A stretch of DNA of 64,000 bases, taken from the IMG/VR virus record IMGVR_UViG_3300035183_000096, positions 62,593-126,592 of that record; one strand, written 5' to 3'. The notes beneath the pieces are model-generated. The model saw only the letters and a list, made by a program, of their open reading frames with translations, was not told where the DNA came from and searched no databases. The stretch comes from a virus. The translations under genes were made by a program, and so were the position numbers. This document shows, one piece after another, positions 39,314-48,361 of this stretch. The stretch's first letter is position 1; each line of letters opens with the position of its first letter.

Positions 39314-39871
39314 ATGATTAAAAATAAAATTAGGATTTGTTTATATGGTGGGCCGGGTATAGGAAAATCAACATTGGCTCATACTCTCATTTCGCGTCTC
39401 AAACAAGAGTTTCCTGCTCTTAATGCTGAGTTTGTGGATGAATGGGTCAAGCAATGGGCTTATGAGGGTAAGAGACCTACCGGCTGGGACCAACTATTTA
39501 TATTTGGCAATCAGGTACACAAAGAAGAAAGGTTATTGAAGAATGGCATAGACCTTATTATTGCGGATAGTCCAGTTCTTTTACAATGCTGTTATATGCA
39601 CGGCCTTCCGTTTCAACAACAACTTATAGAACTTTCTCAGATGTTTGATAAACAATTTCCTGCTATCCACGTTCTACTTGAACGACAAGACTTTGGTAAT
39701 TTTAATACTGTTGGCCGTTATCAATCCAATCTTGAAGAGAGTTTGGCTAAAGATAGAGAGATTGAAGAAATTGTAGAAAAACGCGCTATCGGTCAGATTG
39801 TAAAAGTGAAAGTTAGTAACGGAGATTACTTATACAACCATATCGTTAGTAATCTCGATTTTTCCCATTGA
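39314..39871 (+). CDS. P-loop kinase/ATPase (NadR-like AAA_28 type)
   Basis: GGPGIGKST Walker A, EWVKQWA and DSP motifs. Confidence 0.75.
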   Translation: MIKNKIRICLYGGPGIGKSTLAHTLISRLKQEFPALNAEFVDEWVKQWAYEGKRPTGWDQLFIFGNQVHKEERLLKNGIDLIIADSPVLLQCCYMHGLPFQQQLIELSQMFDKQFPAIHVLLERQDFGNFNTVGRYQSNLEESLAKDREIEEIVEKRAIGQIVKVKVSNGDYLYNHIVSNLDFSH

Positions 39872-39895
39872 CAATCTCTAAAAATCTGGTATTAT
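39868..39895 (+). promoter_or_regulatory. Sigma70-type promoter for the tRNA cluster
   Basis: TTGACA-N16-TATTAT with a TG extension. Confidence 0.6.
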
Positions 39896-39995
39896 TGGGA
39901 TGTACAAAATCGCTCTTAGTGTATATTATGTCGATGGGTGCTTCGTGTTTATCTAAGTTGTCTTAAATTATATGCGAAGCATCCAGTCTTATGAT

Positions 39996-40069
39996 GGCGA
40001 GGTAGCCCAACGGTAGGAGGCACTACGCTTAGAACGTAGGTAGTGTGGGTTCGAGTCCCTCCCTCGCTA
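39996..40069 (+). tRNA. tRNA-Leu(UAG), short variable loop
   Basis: Acceptor GGCGAGG/CCTCGCT, anticodon arm CTACG-CTTAGAA-CGTAG, T-loop TTCGAGT. Confidence 0.85.
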
Positions 40070-40074
40070 CTTAT

Positions 40075-40147
40075 GGGAGCGTAGGCCAAAAGAAGAGTCA
40101 GCGGACTTAAAATCCGTACAGTGCGGGTGCAAGACCCGCCGCTCCTA
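40075..40147 (+). tRNA. tRNA-Leu(UAA), short variable loop
   Basis: Acceptor GGGAGCG/CGCTCCT, anticodon arm GCGGA-CTTAAAA-TCCGT, T arm GCGGG-TGCAAGA-CCCGC. Confidence 0.8.
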
Positions 40148-40462
40148 CTCATGAACATACTGTTGAGCCGAGTGTAAGGCAAACAACTATCGGCCTATAC
40201 AACAAACGTCAAGAGTATGGTTATGACCCAACGGCAGTTGAGCATGAAGAACGATTTCGCAGTCTCTTATGCTCCAGCAAAGTCTTACGTTCACGTTAGT
40301 CTAACTAACAGCAATCTACTCGTAGGGCGAGAGTTTCGACAGATTGCTACGTCACAGGGTTTCGATTCCCCTATCATCCACTTAGGTAAACGGCTATGCT
40401 TACTACACCTAATCATCAATAGCGTCTTACGAGCGCTGGCCACGGTTACAGGGAGGAAATAT

Positions 40463-40876
40463 ATGAAGACGTTTTCATTTTGGTTTGTAGCGATTCTATA
40501 CTTGACCTATACTGAATTTTTTGACTTGTGTGTTACAGCCAAATTGGAAGGTGAAAACATTCCTATAATTATGGAGGTACACAGCTTTGAGTCAAAACAT
40601 ACTTCACCAACTAAATTCCTAAACTATATGGCTCAAAAAAAGTTTAGGGCGACGGCCACAGGAGGCCTCTTCACCATTACCCGTAATGTCAACGGTCAAG
40701 GTGTAGTAACTTGGAAAGGTGAGGTTCCCGAAAAGGATGGTAAGATACAGCGGTGTGAGTTTACTTACACTTTTGACGGCGAGATTCCAAAGATTTTGCA
40801 GGAAACGCCTAAGAAGTATAAAGATTACTTCTTAAGAAGTGCCAGCAAAATAAACGATGAGATATCCGCCGAATAA
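40463..40876 (+). CDS. Hypothetical protein with a hydrophobic N-terminus
   Basis: ATG after a GGAGG SD; the longer 40217 start overlaps a structured non-coding region. Confidence 0.55.
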   Translation: MKTFSFWFVAILYLTYTEFFDLCVTAKLEGENIPIIMEVHSFESKHTSPTKFLNYMAQKKFRATATGGLFTITRNVNGQGVVTWKGEVPEKDGKIQRCEFTYTFDGEIPKILQETPKKYKDYFLRSASKINDEISAE

Positions 40877-41034
40877 GGTGGGTTTTTGGACCCCTGGAGT
40901 TTTTCTGAAAAATTTAGGCACATTGATATTGCAAAAATCGTATTTCGTGGCAAACTAACATTGGAGTTTGTGAAGGCGGTTAGGGCTGGGGATGTACCAG
41001 GCATAGCTGGATAGAGAGAGCACAGGAGAACTAA

Positions 41035-42018
41035 ATGTTAGCTGTACAAAGGTACCTTATAAACGGCAAGAGTCTAACGGACCTTAAGGCCGAATACGGC
41101 ATTGAAGTTACAGAACATCCTACTGAACCTTTAGTTATCCTAAACTATAACCAAATTGAGTCTCCTAAGAATGAAATCATCGCTCAGGAATGCCGCGCCC
41201 TTACCTTAGAAAAGGACACCTGGAATGTTGTTGCTCGCTCTTTTACCAGGTTCTTCAACTATGGTGAAATGGTGGATTTGACTTCTAAGTTTAATTGGAA
41301 TAAGTTTGAGGTTACATCTAAGGAAGATGGCTCCCTTATGGTTATGTATAACTACAAAGGTACCTGGCGAGTCAACACACGGGGAAGTTTCGCAAAGGGT
41401 AATGTATGTGATGGTGGACCCACTTGGGAAAATCTATTCTTTGATGCCCTTGGCGGCGTTAAAGTCGCCAATGAACTCCTAAGCCCCCAATCTTCCTTTG
41501 TGTTTGAACTATGCTCCCCGTGGAATAAGGTTGTGCGTCAATATACTAAGCCTACTCTTTTCTTGCTTACTATCTTCAACAAGGATTTGGACGCTACTTT
41601 CGAGGGTGTTGTGTGTCGTGATAATACTAACATGCGTATTAAGGTTAAGAATGCACGTTATATTAGCTTACACACACTAAAGGGTAATAATAATATCTTC
41701 TTGAACAAAAATCTTGTTCCTTTTGTGCTTGCTGGTGAAGGTTCTGAGCTACTTACCTACTTCCCAGAAGTTCGTCAAAAGTATGAGAGGATTGAAACAA
41801 TTATAAACAACGCAAAGTCTGAACTGGTAAGGATTTGGGACGAAGCGAAATACATTGAAAATCAAAAAGATTTCGCCCAATTCATCCTACCAAAAACACG
41901 ACTTTCAAGTATATTATTTGAAGCACGTAAACTCAAGAAACATCCACTTGATGTATGGAAAGAAAGTCCGGAACGAGCACTATCTTTTGTAGAGTCAAAC
42001 ATAAAGGAGACAGTATAA
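41035..42018 (+). CDS. T4 Rnl1-like RNA ligase
   Basis: ECRAL, RFFNYGE, motif I KEDGSL, FELCSP.N, motif IV EGVV, motif V KVK. Confidence 0.85.
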   Translation: MLAVQRYLINGKSLTDLKAEYGIEVTEHPTEPLVILNYNQIESPKNEIIAQECRALTLEKDTWNVVARSFTRFFNYGEMVDLTSKFNWNKFEVTSKEDGSLMVMYNYKGTWRVNTRGSFAKGNVCDGGPTWENLFFDALGGVKVANELLSPQSSFVFELCSPWNKVVRQYTKPTLFLLTIFNKDLDATFEGVVCRDNTNMRIKVKNARYISLHTLKGNNNIFLNKNLVPFVLAGEGSELLTYFPEVRQKYERIETIINNAKSELVRIWDEAKYIENQKDFAQFILPKTRLSSILFEARKLKKHPLDVWKESPERALSFVESNIKETV

Positions 42019-42452
42019 TGAATGTATTGATTAGATTGTGTGGCGAAGGTGAAAATATTGTATTTAGTCACAAGATAGATAGCCTTAGTGACTTAGCCGA
42101 ATGTGTTGATAAGTCCATCCTACATACTAAGGGGCATAACTATGTCCTAGATGTAGTACCAGTTAAGATTGGCTTAAAAAAAATCGAGAATGGAGCGATA
42201 ACAGATGTTGTAGGCTCCTTTAACGGCACCAAAGAGTTTGTAACTTGGGCTACTGAAAAGTCTTGGAGCAAGTATAAGGATAAGTTGATTATCTTCAAGT
42301 ATAGTGGTGGCAGTAAGCCGGGCAATGACCGCTTCGTTATGGTCAAAGAAGTTAAGAACGGCGTTTTACATTGCGATGATTTGGCCGCCAATGAGCCTCG
42401 TAACTTTAGTATTTCTAAAATAAGCGATGTTAGGTTGGTAAAATATTTTTAA
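42018..42452 (+). CDS. Hypothetical protein with a WYL-like C-terminal domain
   Basis: FKYSGGSKPG..R.V...D....EPRNF.I.KI pattern; start at MNVLI. Confidence 0.5.
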   Translation: MNVLIRLCGEGENIVFSHKIDSLSDLAECVDKSILHTKGHNYVLDVVPVKIGLKKIENGAITDVVGSFNGTKEFVTWATEKSWSKYKDKLIIFKYSGGSKPGNDRFVMVKEVKNGVLHCDDLAANEPRNFSISKISDVRLVKYF

Positions 42453-42464
42453 GGAGAATTACTC

Positions 42465-42668
42465 ATGGGAGAACGTAAGGGGAAGTATGCGAGCAAGGCA
42501 GATTTTATAGCTGCCTGGAATGCGTCAGACTCAGTAGATGCTGTGGCAACTAAGACAGGAATGCCCAAGGCAAGCTGTTTAAGTAAGGCTTCCTTGCTCC
42601 GTAGGGCGGGAGAAAGTCTTAAGTTCTTCCGCAAACCTGGGGGTAAGAAGACCAATACACTAAATTAG
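42465..42668 (+). CDS. Small HTH-like basic protein
   Basis: FIAAWNAS.SVDAVA.KTG...LR..G pattern; AAGGAG SD. Confidence 0.6.
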   Translation: MGERKGKYASKADFIAAWNASDSVDAVATKTGMPKASCLSKASLLRRAGESLKFFRKPGGKKTNTLN

Positions 42669-42730
42669 AAACAATATGAGGGTGTAACACCAATGGTGTT
42701 CACCCTCAACTCATAAGCGAGGCAAAAAAA

Positions 42731-43039
42731 ATGGGGGCATATAATCCAAACACAGAAGTTGTAGTTAAAAACCCGCTTATCAATTTCCTGGGAATACACG
42801 CAAAGGCTCTCAGGGAACATGCGAGTGGAATTGTGTCAATCAAGGCATCTATTGAAGAAACAAATGAATATAAACAATTACTGTTTGACGCCGCCAAACT
42901 TATAGATAAGGCTTCTAAAATACTACCTGAAGAAAACCCGGTAGTTAAAGTAAGAAGACATACCCCTTGGTGGTGTTGGCTATCATTAGGTTTAGTATTA
43001 GGTGTCACGCTCTATCTCAGTAGAATGTTTTTTATTTAG
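42731..43039 (+). CDS. Hypothetical protein with a C-terminal TM helix
   Basis: Hydrophobic C-terminus WWCWLSLGLVLGVTLYL. Confidence 0.5.
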   Translation: MGAYNPNTEVVVKNPLINFLGIHAKALREHASGIVSIKASIEETNEYKQLLFDAAKLIDKASKILPEENPVVKVRRHTPWWCWLSLGLVLGVTLYLSRMFFI

Positions 43040-43059
43040 CAAAAGAAAGGTTGTGTATA

Positions 43060-44052
43060 ATGAAATCAACGTATAAGGCAGAAGTTGTCAAAATCCATAT
43101 GGAAACCCACCCTAATGCTGACAAGCTATCTATCGTTAGGGTCTTTGGTGGTTATACAGTTTGTGTAAATAAGGAAGAATGGAAAGAGGGTCAACTAGCT
43201 GTTTATATTGTTCCAGACACTATTGTAGATACTACTCGTCCTGAGTTTGCTTTCTTGGCTGCTGATTGTAAGACCGGAGATAAGTATTACAGGGTTAAGG
43301 CTAAGAAACTACGTCAAGTTCCGAGCTTTGGTGTGTTGGTACCAGCCCCAGAAGGAGCTAAAGAGGGTGATGACTTATTTGATGTTCTAGGGCTTACTCA
43401 TTACGAACCTGAAACTCCTGCTATTACTGGCTGTGATGAGGTTACCCCTCCCGCCGCCAACATTCCTAAGTATGATATTGACAACATTAAGAGATATGTT
43501 GACAAATTCACAAAGGGTGAAACAGTAGTAGTAACTGAAAAGATTCACGGAGCTAATGCTCGTTATACCTTTCATGATGGCCAAATGTACTGTGGAAGCC
43601 GTACAGGTTGGAAGAAAGAAGACGAACGTAGTATTTGGTGGAAAGCCCTTCTCGCTAATCCTCAAATAGAAGAGTTCTGCAAAGCTCATCCAGAATACGC
43701 TCTATACGGAGAGGTATATGGTCAAGTTCAAGACTTGAGGTATGGCACCAAACCCGGCGAAGTTAAGTTTGCCGCTTTTGACATCTGGGATAAGAATAAT
43801 GCAAAGTGGTTGAACTGGAGGGAGATGGAACATTACAACAACGTATATAACATTCCAGTTGTGCCTTTGGTTGCAGTTACTAACTTCAACATAGACATCA
43901 TTCTTTCCATTGCTGAAGGTCAAAGTCTTATTCCAGGGGCTAATCACACTCGTGAAGGTGTTGTAGTCAAGCCGATAGAGGAGCGTACCGACCTTGAGAT
44001 TGGTCGTGTTATCCTTAAGTGTGTAAGCCTTGGATACTTAACTCGTAAGTAA
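43060..44052 (+). CDS. RNA ligase, DRB0094/Rnl5 family with an N-terminal OB domain
   Basis: HPNADKL OB-fold start, motif I TEKIHGAN, YGEVYG, FAAFDI, REGVVVKP, LKCVS..YL. Confidence 0.9.
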   Translation: MKSTYKAEVVKIHMETHPNADKLSIVRVFGGYTVCVNKEEWKEGQLAVYIVPDTIVDTTRPEFAFLAADCKTGDKYYRVKAKKLRQVPSFGVLVPAPEGAKEGDDLFDVLGLTHYEPETPAITGCDEVTPPAANIPKYDIDNIKRYVDKFTKGETVVVTEKIHGANARYTFHDGQMYCGSRTGWKKEDERSIWWKALLANPQIEEFCKAHPEYALYGEVYGQVQDLRYGTKPGEVKFAAFDIWDKNNAKWLNWREMEHYNNVYNIPVVPLVAVTNFNIDIILSIAEGQSLIPGANHTREGVVVKPIEERTDLEIGRVILKCVSLGYLTRK

Positions 44053-44102
44053 CGCCGGTGTATTTATCATAATGCAACCATTTCTCTTTTTCGAGGTGTG
44101 TT

Positions 44103-44903
44103 ATGGTAAATAAATATGCCGTATGGATTGGTGGAGCTTTATTTTTTGTAAGTTTAATGGCTTTGCTTATAGCAACTACCGCAAAATATACTACTCCACC
44201 AATTTCTGTACCTCGTCTTTTACAAGAATCCTCTGTTACGGTTGTTGCCGAGAATGGTAATACTACTGCATATGGCTCCGGCACTTTAACAAATGTGGGC
44301 GGTGAAAGTTATGTTGTTACCTGTGCCCATACTTTCAGGTGTGTTAGATTAGCAGAAGATAAGTTTTTACCAGTTACAGTATTCACTGACAACTACCAAA
44401 ACGGCAGGGTAACAAGTAGAACAAATTATACTGCCGACATCATAAGAATATCTCCGCCGGGCGCGGAAGATTTAGCTTTACTTCATGTAAGACAAAAAAA
44501 TGCTGCTAAGCACACTATAAATTATATCAAAGCGGATAGCCTACCAGAGTTGGGCACAGAGGTATATCACGTTGGTAGTCTATTCGGGATTCGTAATCCT
44601 AACAGCTTGACTTCTGGCATTTACTGTCAGTATGATAGAAAAGGGGACAACACTTACTTTGACCAGATTAGCGCTACAGCCGCCCCAGGTTCATCAGGCG
44701 GCGGCGTTTTTGAAAAAAGCACAGGAGATTGCCTTGGTATTCTAACTCAAGCTACTATAGATTGTGAAACCATTAACTTTATAGTACCTATGCGTAGAGT
44801 ACATCCATGGGCAAAAAGGGTTGGTATTAGTTTCATTTTTAACAAAGATGTAAGCCCTATACCTATTGAGGTTATTAAACAAGGGAAAATAGAGGGTGAA
44901 TAG
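44103..44903 (+). CDS. Trypsin-like serine protease with a signal/anchor sequence
   Basis: TCAH, DLALL and PGSSGGG catalytic motifs; hydrophobic N-terminus. Confidence 0.85.
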   Translation: MVNKYAVWIGGALFFVSLMALLIATTAKYTTPPISVPRLLQESSVTVVAENGNTTAYGSGTLTNVGGESYVVTCAHTFRCVRLAEDKFLPVTVFTDNYQNGRVTSRTNYTADIIRISPPGAEDLALLHVRQKNAAKHTINYIKADSLPELGTEVYHVGSLFGIRNPNSLTSGIYCQYDRKGDNTYFDQISATAAPGSSGGGVFEKSTGDCLGILTQATIDCETINFIVPMRRVHPWAKRVGISFIFNKDVSPIPIEVIKQGKIEGE

Positions 44904-45022
44904 ATTATGTACGACAAAAAATGGTTAAACGCCGGTAAACCAGAGGGGCGTAGCCTAGCTGGAAGTAATGAGCTTTGGTTAAGTATTCAAGTTTGAGCAA
45001 AAGGGAAAATAGGTGGTTTGGG

Positions 45023-46069
45023 ATGTCAAAAAAGAGACTATTATACATAAGTTGTCATGAAGTCCTAGAACACGATGAGCTTCGTATCTTTCATGAACTT
45101 GGTTTTGATGTATTTAGTATAGGCTACTGGATGAATCCTCATAAGCCCACAACGAATATGAGGCCCGCCATACCTGAGTTAAGCGTAAACCAAGAATTGA
45201 TAGATAAGTTTAATCGTGATTATCCTGAATATAAGCCACCGAAGGCTGAGTTTATGACCGGGCGAGTTGCTTTACGAAAGGACTTCCTAGATAACTTTGA
45301 TGTTATAGTAAGCTGCTGGTATCCTGACAACCTCACGCACATTCTCAAGAATGCTGGCGACAAGCCTGTAATTCACAGAACAATTGACATTATCAATAGT
45401 AGAGTTGAAGACTACATAACTGGTCTATATATGCGTGCAAGACCATTTTTTATGGTTCGTATGTCTGAAATGGAAGTTATCCAGCTTAAGCCCGCTATTA
45501 AATGCCAAGCCATCATCCGTCAATGTGTAGAGATTGATAAATATAAGGGATGGGTAGGCACAGAAAAACAAGTATTTACTAACATTAAGGCTATGAAGAA
45601 AAGGCCCGACATCCTAGATGACATTTATGAAATTGTAACAAGTAATCATAAGAGAGTGCTGGTTGGTGCAGAAAACGAAGGCATACCTTATGCTAAATGT
45701 AGTGTGCCAGAGGATGAGTTCATAAGTTTAATGCAAAAGTCTCGCGTAAATTATGTTCAACCAAGATTGGGGGCGGCTATTACTTATAGTTTTATGGAAG
45801 CCCTTAGTTGTGGTTGCCCTATAGTGACATTAGGCACTAAATTTAATGGACCCAATTGGGAAGCCGGTTTTTTTATTAAGAATGGACTCAACGGTTTTTG
45901 TGTAAATACTATTGATGAGGCTATATCCTATATAGACCTGCTTATGAAAGACGATAACCTCGCCCACTCAATCTCCCAAAAAGCTCGTAAGACGGCTATA
46001 GATAATTTTAATTATCCTGTAGCTAAAGAGGGTTGGGCGAAGCTTATGAAAGAAACGGGGGTTCAATGA
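45023..46069 (+). CDS. Glycosyltransferase (GT4/GT-B)
   Basis: FMEALSCGCPIV, NGLNGF and ARKTAIDNF motifs. Confidence 0.85.
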   Translation: MSKKRLLYISCHEVLEHDELRIFHELGFDVFSIGYWMNPHKPTTNMRPAIPELSVNQELIDKFNRDYPEYKPPKAEFMTGRVALRKDFLDNFDVIVSCWYPDNLTHILKNAGDKPVIHRTIDIINSRVEDYITGLYMRARPFFMVRMSEMEVIQLKPAIKCQAIIRQCVEIDKYKGWVGTEKQVFTNIKAMKKRPDILDDIYEIVTSNHKRVLVGAENEGIPYAKCSVPEDEFISLMQKSRVNYVQPRLGAAITYSFMEALSCGCPIVTLGTKFNGPNWEAGFFIKNGLNGFCVNTIDEAISYIDLLMKDDNLAHSISQKARKTAIDNFNYPVAKEGWAKLMKETGVQ

Positions 46070-46728
46070 AACTACTTGAAGAATTAGGCTTAACAATGTT
46101 ACCATCTAAGCTATTTGGTCTTACGGCAAGACCGACTTACCAACCGAGATATAGCGACAACGAATCCTCGCCACATCCAGTGCTTCATAAATTCTATAAT
46201 AAAAGCCAACAGGATAATAGCCCAAGAGTAATGGCCAAAGTAAAGGAAGTTGTAGAGGGATTACCGAATGGTTATGGCATACTCGAAATAGGTGTTGCCT
46301 TATACAAACCAGAATATTCATTTAGTTATCATCTAATGAATCATAAACCTGAAAATACCATATATTTAGGGGTGGACTTAGAAGACAAGAGTTTCCTTAA
46401 TCAGCCGGACAAGAAAGTTTATACCTTACGCACAAATTCTGCTAATCAGGCAGAGATTAGATTGGCTATAAGAAGATTTGGCATAGAACAACTTAGCCTA
46501 CTTGTGATTGACGGCTGCCACTCCCTAAATATGGCAATAAACGATTGGGCTTATGTTGACTTACTTATGCCGGGCGGTATAGTATTGATACACGACACTA
46601 ACACTTGGTTTGGACCTGTCGCTTTAGTAAACTCTATAGATAGAACTATGTTTGACGTAGAAATGTTCTTTAGAGAATACGACGACGACTACGGCCTTAC
46701 ATTAGCCAGAATTCGGTGTAATACATAA
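46066..46728 (+). CDS. Class I SAM-dependent methyltransferase (Methyltransf_24-like)
   Basis: ILEIGV, GVDL, LLVIDGCHS and PGGIVLIHDT motifs. Confidence 0.8.
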   Translation: MKLLEELGLTMLPSKLFGLTARPTYQPRYSDNESSPHPVLHKFYNKSQQDNSPRVMAKVKEVVEGLPNGYGILEIGVALYKPEYSFSYHLMNHKPENTIYLGVDLEDKSFLNQPDKKVYTLRTNSANQAEIRLAIRRFGIEQLSLLVIDGCHSLNMAINDWAYVDLLMPGGIVLIHDTNTWFGPVALVNSIDRTMFDVEMFFREYDDDYGLTLARIRCNT

Positions 46729-46743
46729 TTAGCAAAAGGAAAG

Positions 46744-47098
46744 ATGTCTATGGGAAGAAAGACGGAGAAATAGTAACAGCTTTACCAACTATCGTGCAAG
46801 CCGGTTCTTTTATGCTGTTCTAACGCCGGCATCTGTCCGCCATCACCTTGCCATATTCCCGGCAAGGGTGTAACTGCCAGAGAGTAGCCAAACTCTCAAT
46901 GGGATAACAAGTAATACGAGTTGCTTGGGGCACGAAATAGTCTTGGTTTCGTCAAAAAAAAAGAAAATTGGGGGCACTGTCCTACCTGACAACCCCCGAC
47001 CAAACGGACGAAAGCAAGTGTTCTTTAGATGGCAAAAATCCATAGGCATTACTAAGACAATCGCAATACCCCAAACGGCAATACTTAATGCGTTTGGG
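46744..47098 (+). ncRNA. Candidate large structured RNA (unassigned)
   Basis: 10-bp closing stem ATGTCTATGG/CCATAGGCAT enclosing at least 6 hairpins, in a ~400-nt gap without a credible ORF. Confidence 0.5.
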
Positions 47099-47132
47099 AT
47101 ATAAAGGACTCGGTATGTCTATAGGAGAAAGA

Positions 47133-48050
47133 ATGCGTAGTTTATTACTTGGCGCTGGGCGTAGGGTGAGCTTTGCATCCGCTTTGTCTGAATACAGCGA
47201 GGTTTATAGTTATGAGATTGAAGAGAATGTGCCAATTAGTTGTGTGGCTAAAGTAATTAAGGGTAAGTCATGGAAAGATGAAGATATTTTATCAGACATC
47301 TACAAAAAGATTATAGACCTTGGTATAGATGTTATAATTCCGCTGGATGACGCGGCCACCGTGTTATGCACTCAACTCAAACCCTTATCAAATAAGCACT
47401 TCTGGCCGGTGGTTTCCTCAAACTTTACCACAAACACTTGTTATGATAAATCGCGCTTTGAATTATTTTTCCGAAATCATCTACCATTGATGTATCCGTG
47501 GGCAAATCCAGGTCAACCAGCCATCATCAAACCTATTCATGGTTATGGGAGCCGTGGAATCTTTACCGTGGATAGGTATGATAAGTATGATTTTGAACGT
47601 AAACATAGTGCCACACATATAGCACAGAAATTTATAAAAGGACAAGAATATAGTGTTGACGCATACTTCGGACGTAACGGCAAGATGATAGACGCTATAC
47701 CTCGCACTAGACTCAGAGTGGCTAATGGAGAAGTATTGGATAGTCAGACGGTATATCATGAACTTATGATTCAGAAGGTGGAAGAAATACATAGCTACCT
47801 TCAATTCAGGGGACCAATTTGTTTACAGTTCATAGAAGAGGAATTTAGTAAGTACATCTACATTATGGAGATAAATGCAAGGTTTGGTGGTGGATGCATA
47901 TTATCTATGGAAGCTGGCGTACCTATGCTTAGGTTTATTAGGGATGAATGGCAAAATGGCGAAACCCATCATATACCTTTTAAGTGGAGAAGAGGTTTGC
48001 TAATGAGGCGGGTAAACAGAGAGTTCTTTTTCACTAACTCTAAGGTGTAA
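47133..48050 (+). CDS. ATP-grasp protein (carbamoyl-phosphate-synthase-like, typical of sugar-modification clusters)
   Basis: IIKPIHGYGSRGI, QKFIKGQEYSVD and EINARFGGG motifs. Confidence 0.85.
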   Translation: MRSLLLGAGRRVSFASALSEYSEVYSYEIEENVPISCVAKVIKGKSWKDEDILSDIYKKIIDLGIDVIIPLDDAATVLCTQLKPLSNKHFWPVVSSNFTTNTCYDKSRFELFFRNHLPLMYPWANPGQPAIIKPIHGYGSRGIFTVDRYDKYDFERKHSATHIAQKFIKGQEYSVDAYFGRNGKMIDAIPRTRLRVANGEVLDSQTVYHELMIQKVEEIHSYLQFRGPICLQFIEEEFSKYIYIMEINARFGGGCILSMEAGVPMLRFIRDEWQNGETHHIPFKWRRGLLMRRVNREFFFTNSKV

Positions 48051-48052
48051 AC

Positions 48053-48361
48053 ATGAAGATAGGCGTTGATATCGACGGCGTGCTATGTGAAGATAGGATT
48101 AGAGAGGAACGCTCAATAGCCAAGCCATTGTATGGGGCTAAAGAGCGTATAAATAAGTGGTACTATGATGGTCATGAAATCATACTATTCACAGCTAGAA
48201 CATGGTCAGAATACAATATGACTAAGTGTTGGTTGGACGCAAACGGCTTTAAGTATCACATACTAATATGTGGTAAACCTATGTTTGATATATTTATAGA
48301 TGATAGAGCTGTCTCAAGCCTTAACGACCCTAAGTTAAAGGAGAAGCTCAATGAAGTATAA
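48053..48361 (+). CDS. HAD-family phosphatase (capsule-biosynthesis type)
   Basis: DIDGV, FTAR and GKP..D.FIDDRA motifs. Confidence 0.85.
   Translation: MKIGVDIDGVLCEDRIREERSIAKPLYGAKERINKWYYDGHEIILFTARTWSEYNMTKCWLDANGFKYHILICGKPMFDIFIDDRAVSSLNDPKLKEKLNEV

Noticed and set aside
40988-41010. GGGGATG as the 5' end of a permuted tmRNA pairing with the 40380 acceptor strand
   Set aside because: It does not pair properly with ATCATCC, has no TTCGAC D-loop motif, and is separated by a 600-nt gene-containing stretch
42678-42707. Near-perfect hairpin GAGGGTG-T-AACACC-AAT-GGTGTT-CACCCTC
   Set aside because: Isolated stem without a U-tract or repeat copies; probably a processing or stability hairpin with nothing further to support
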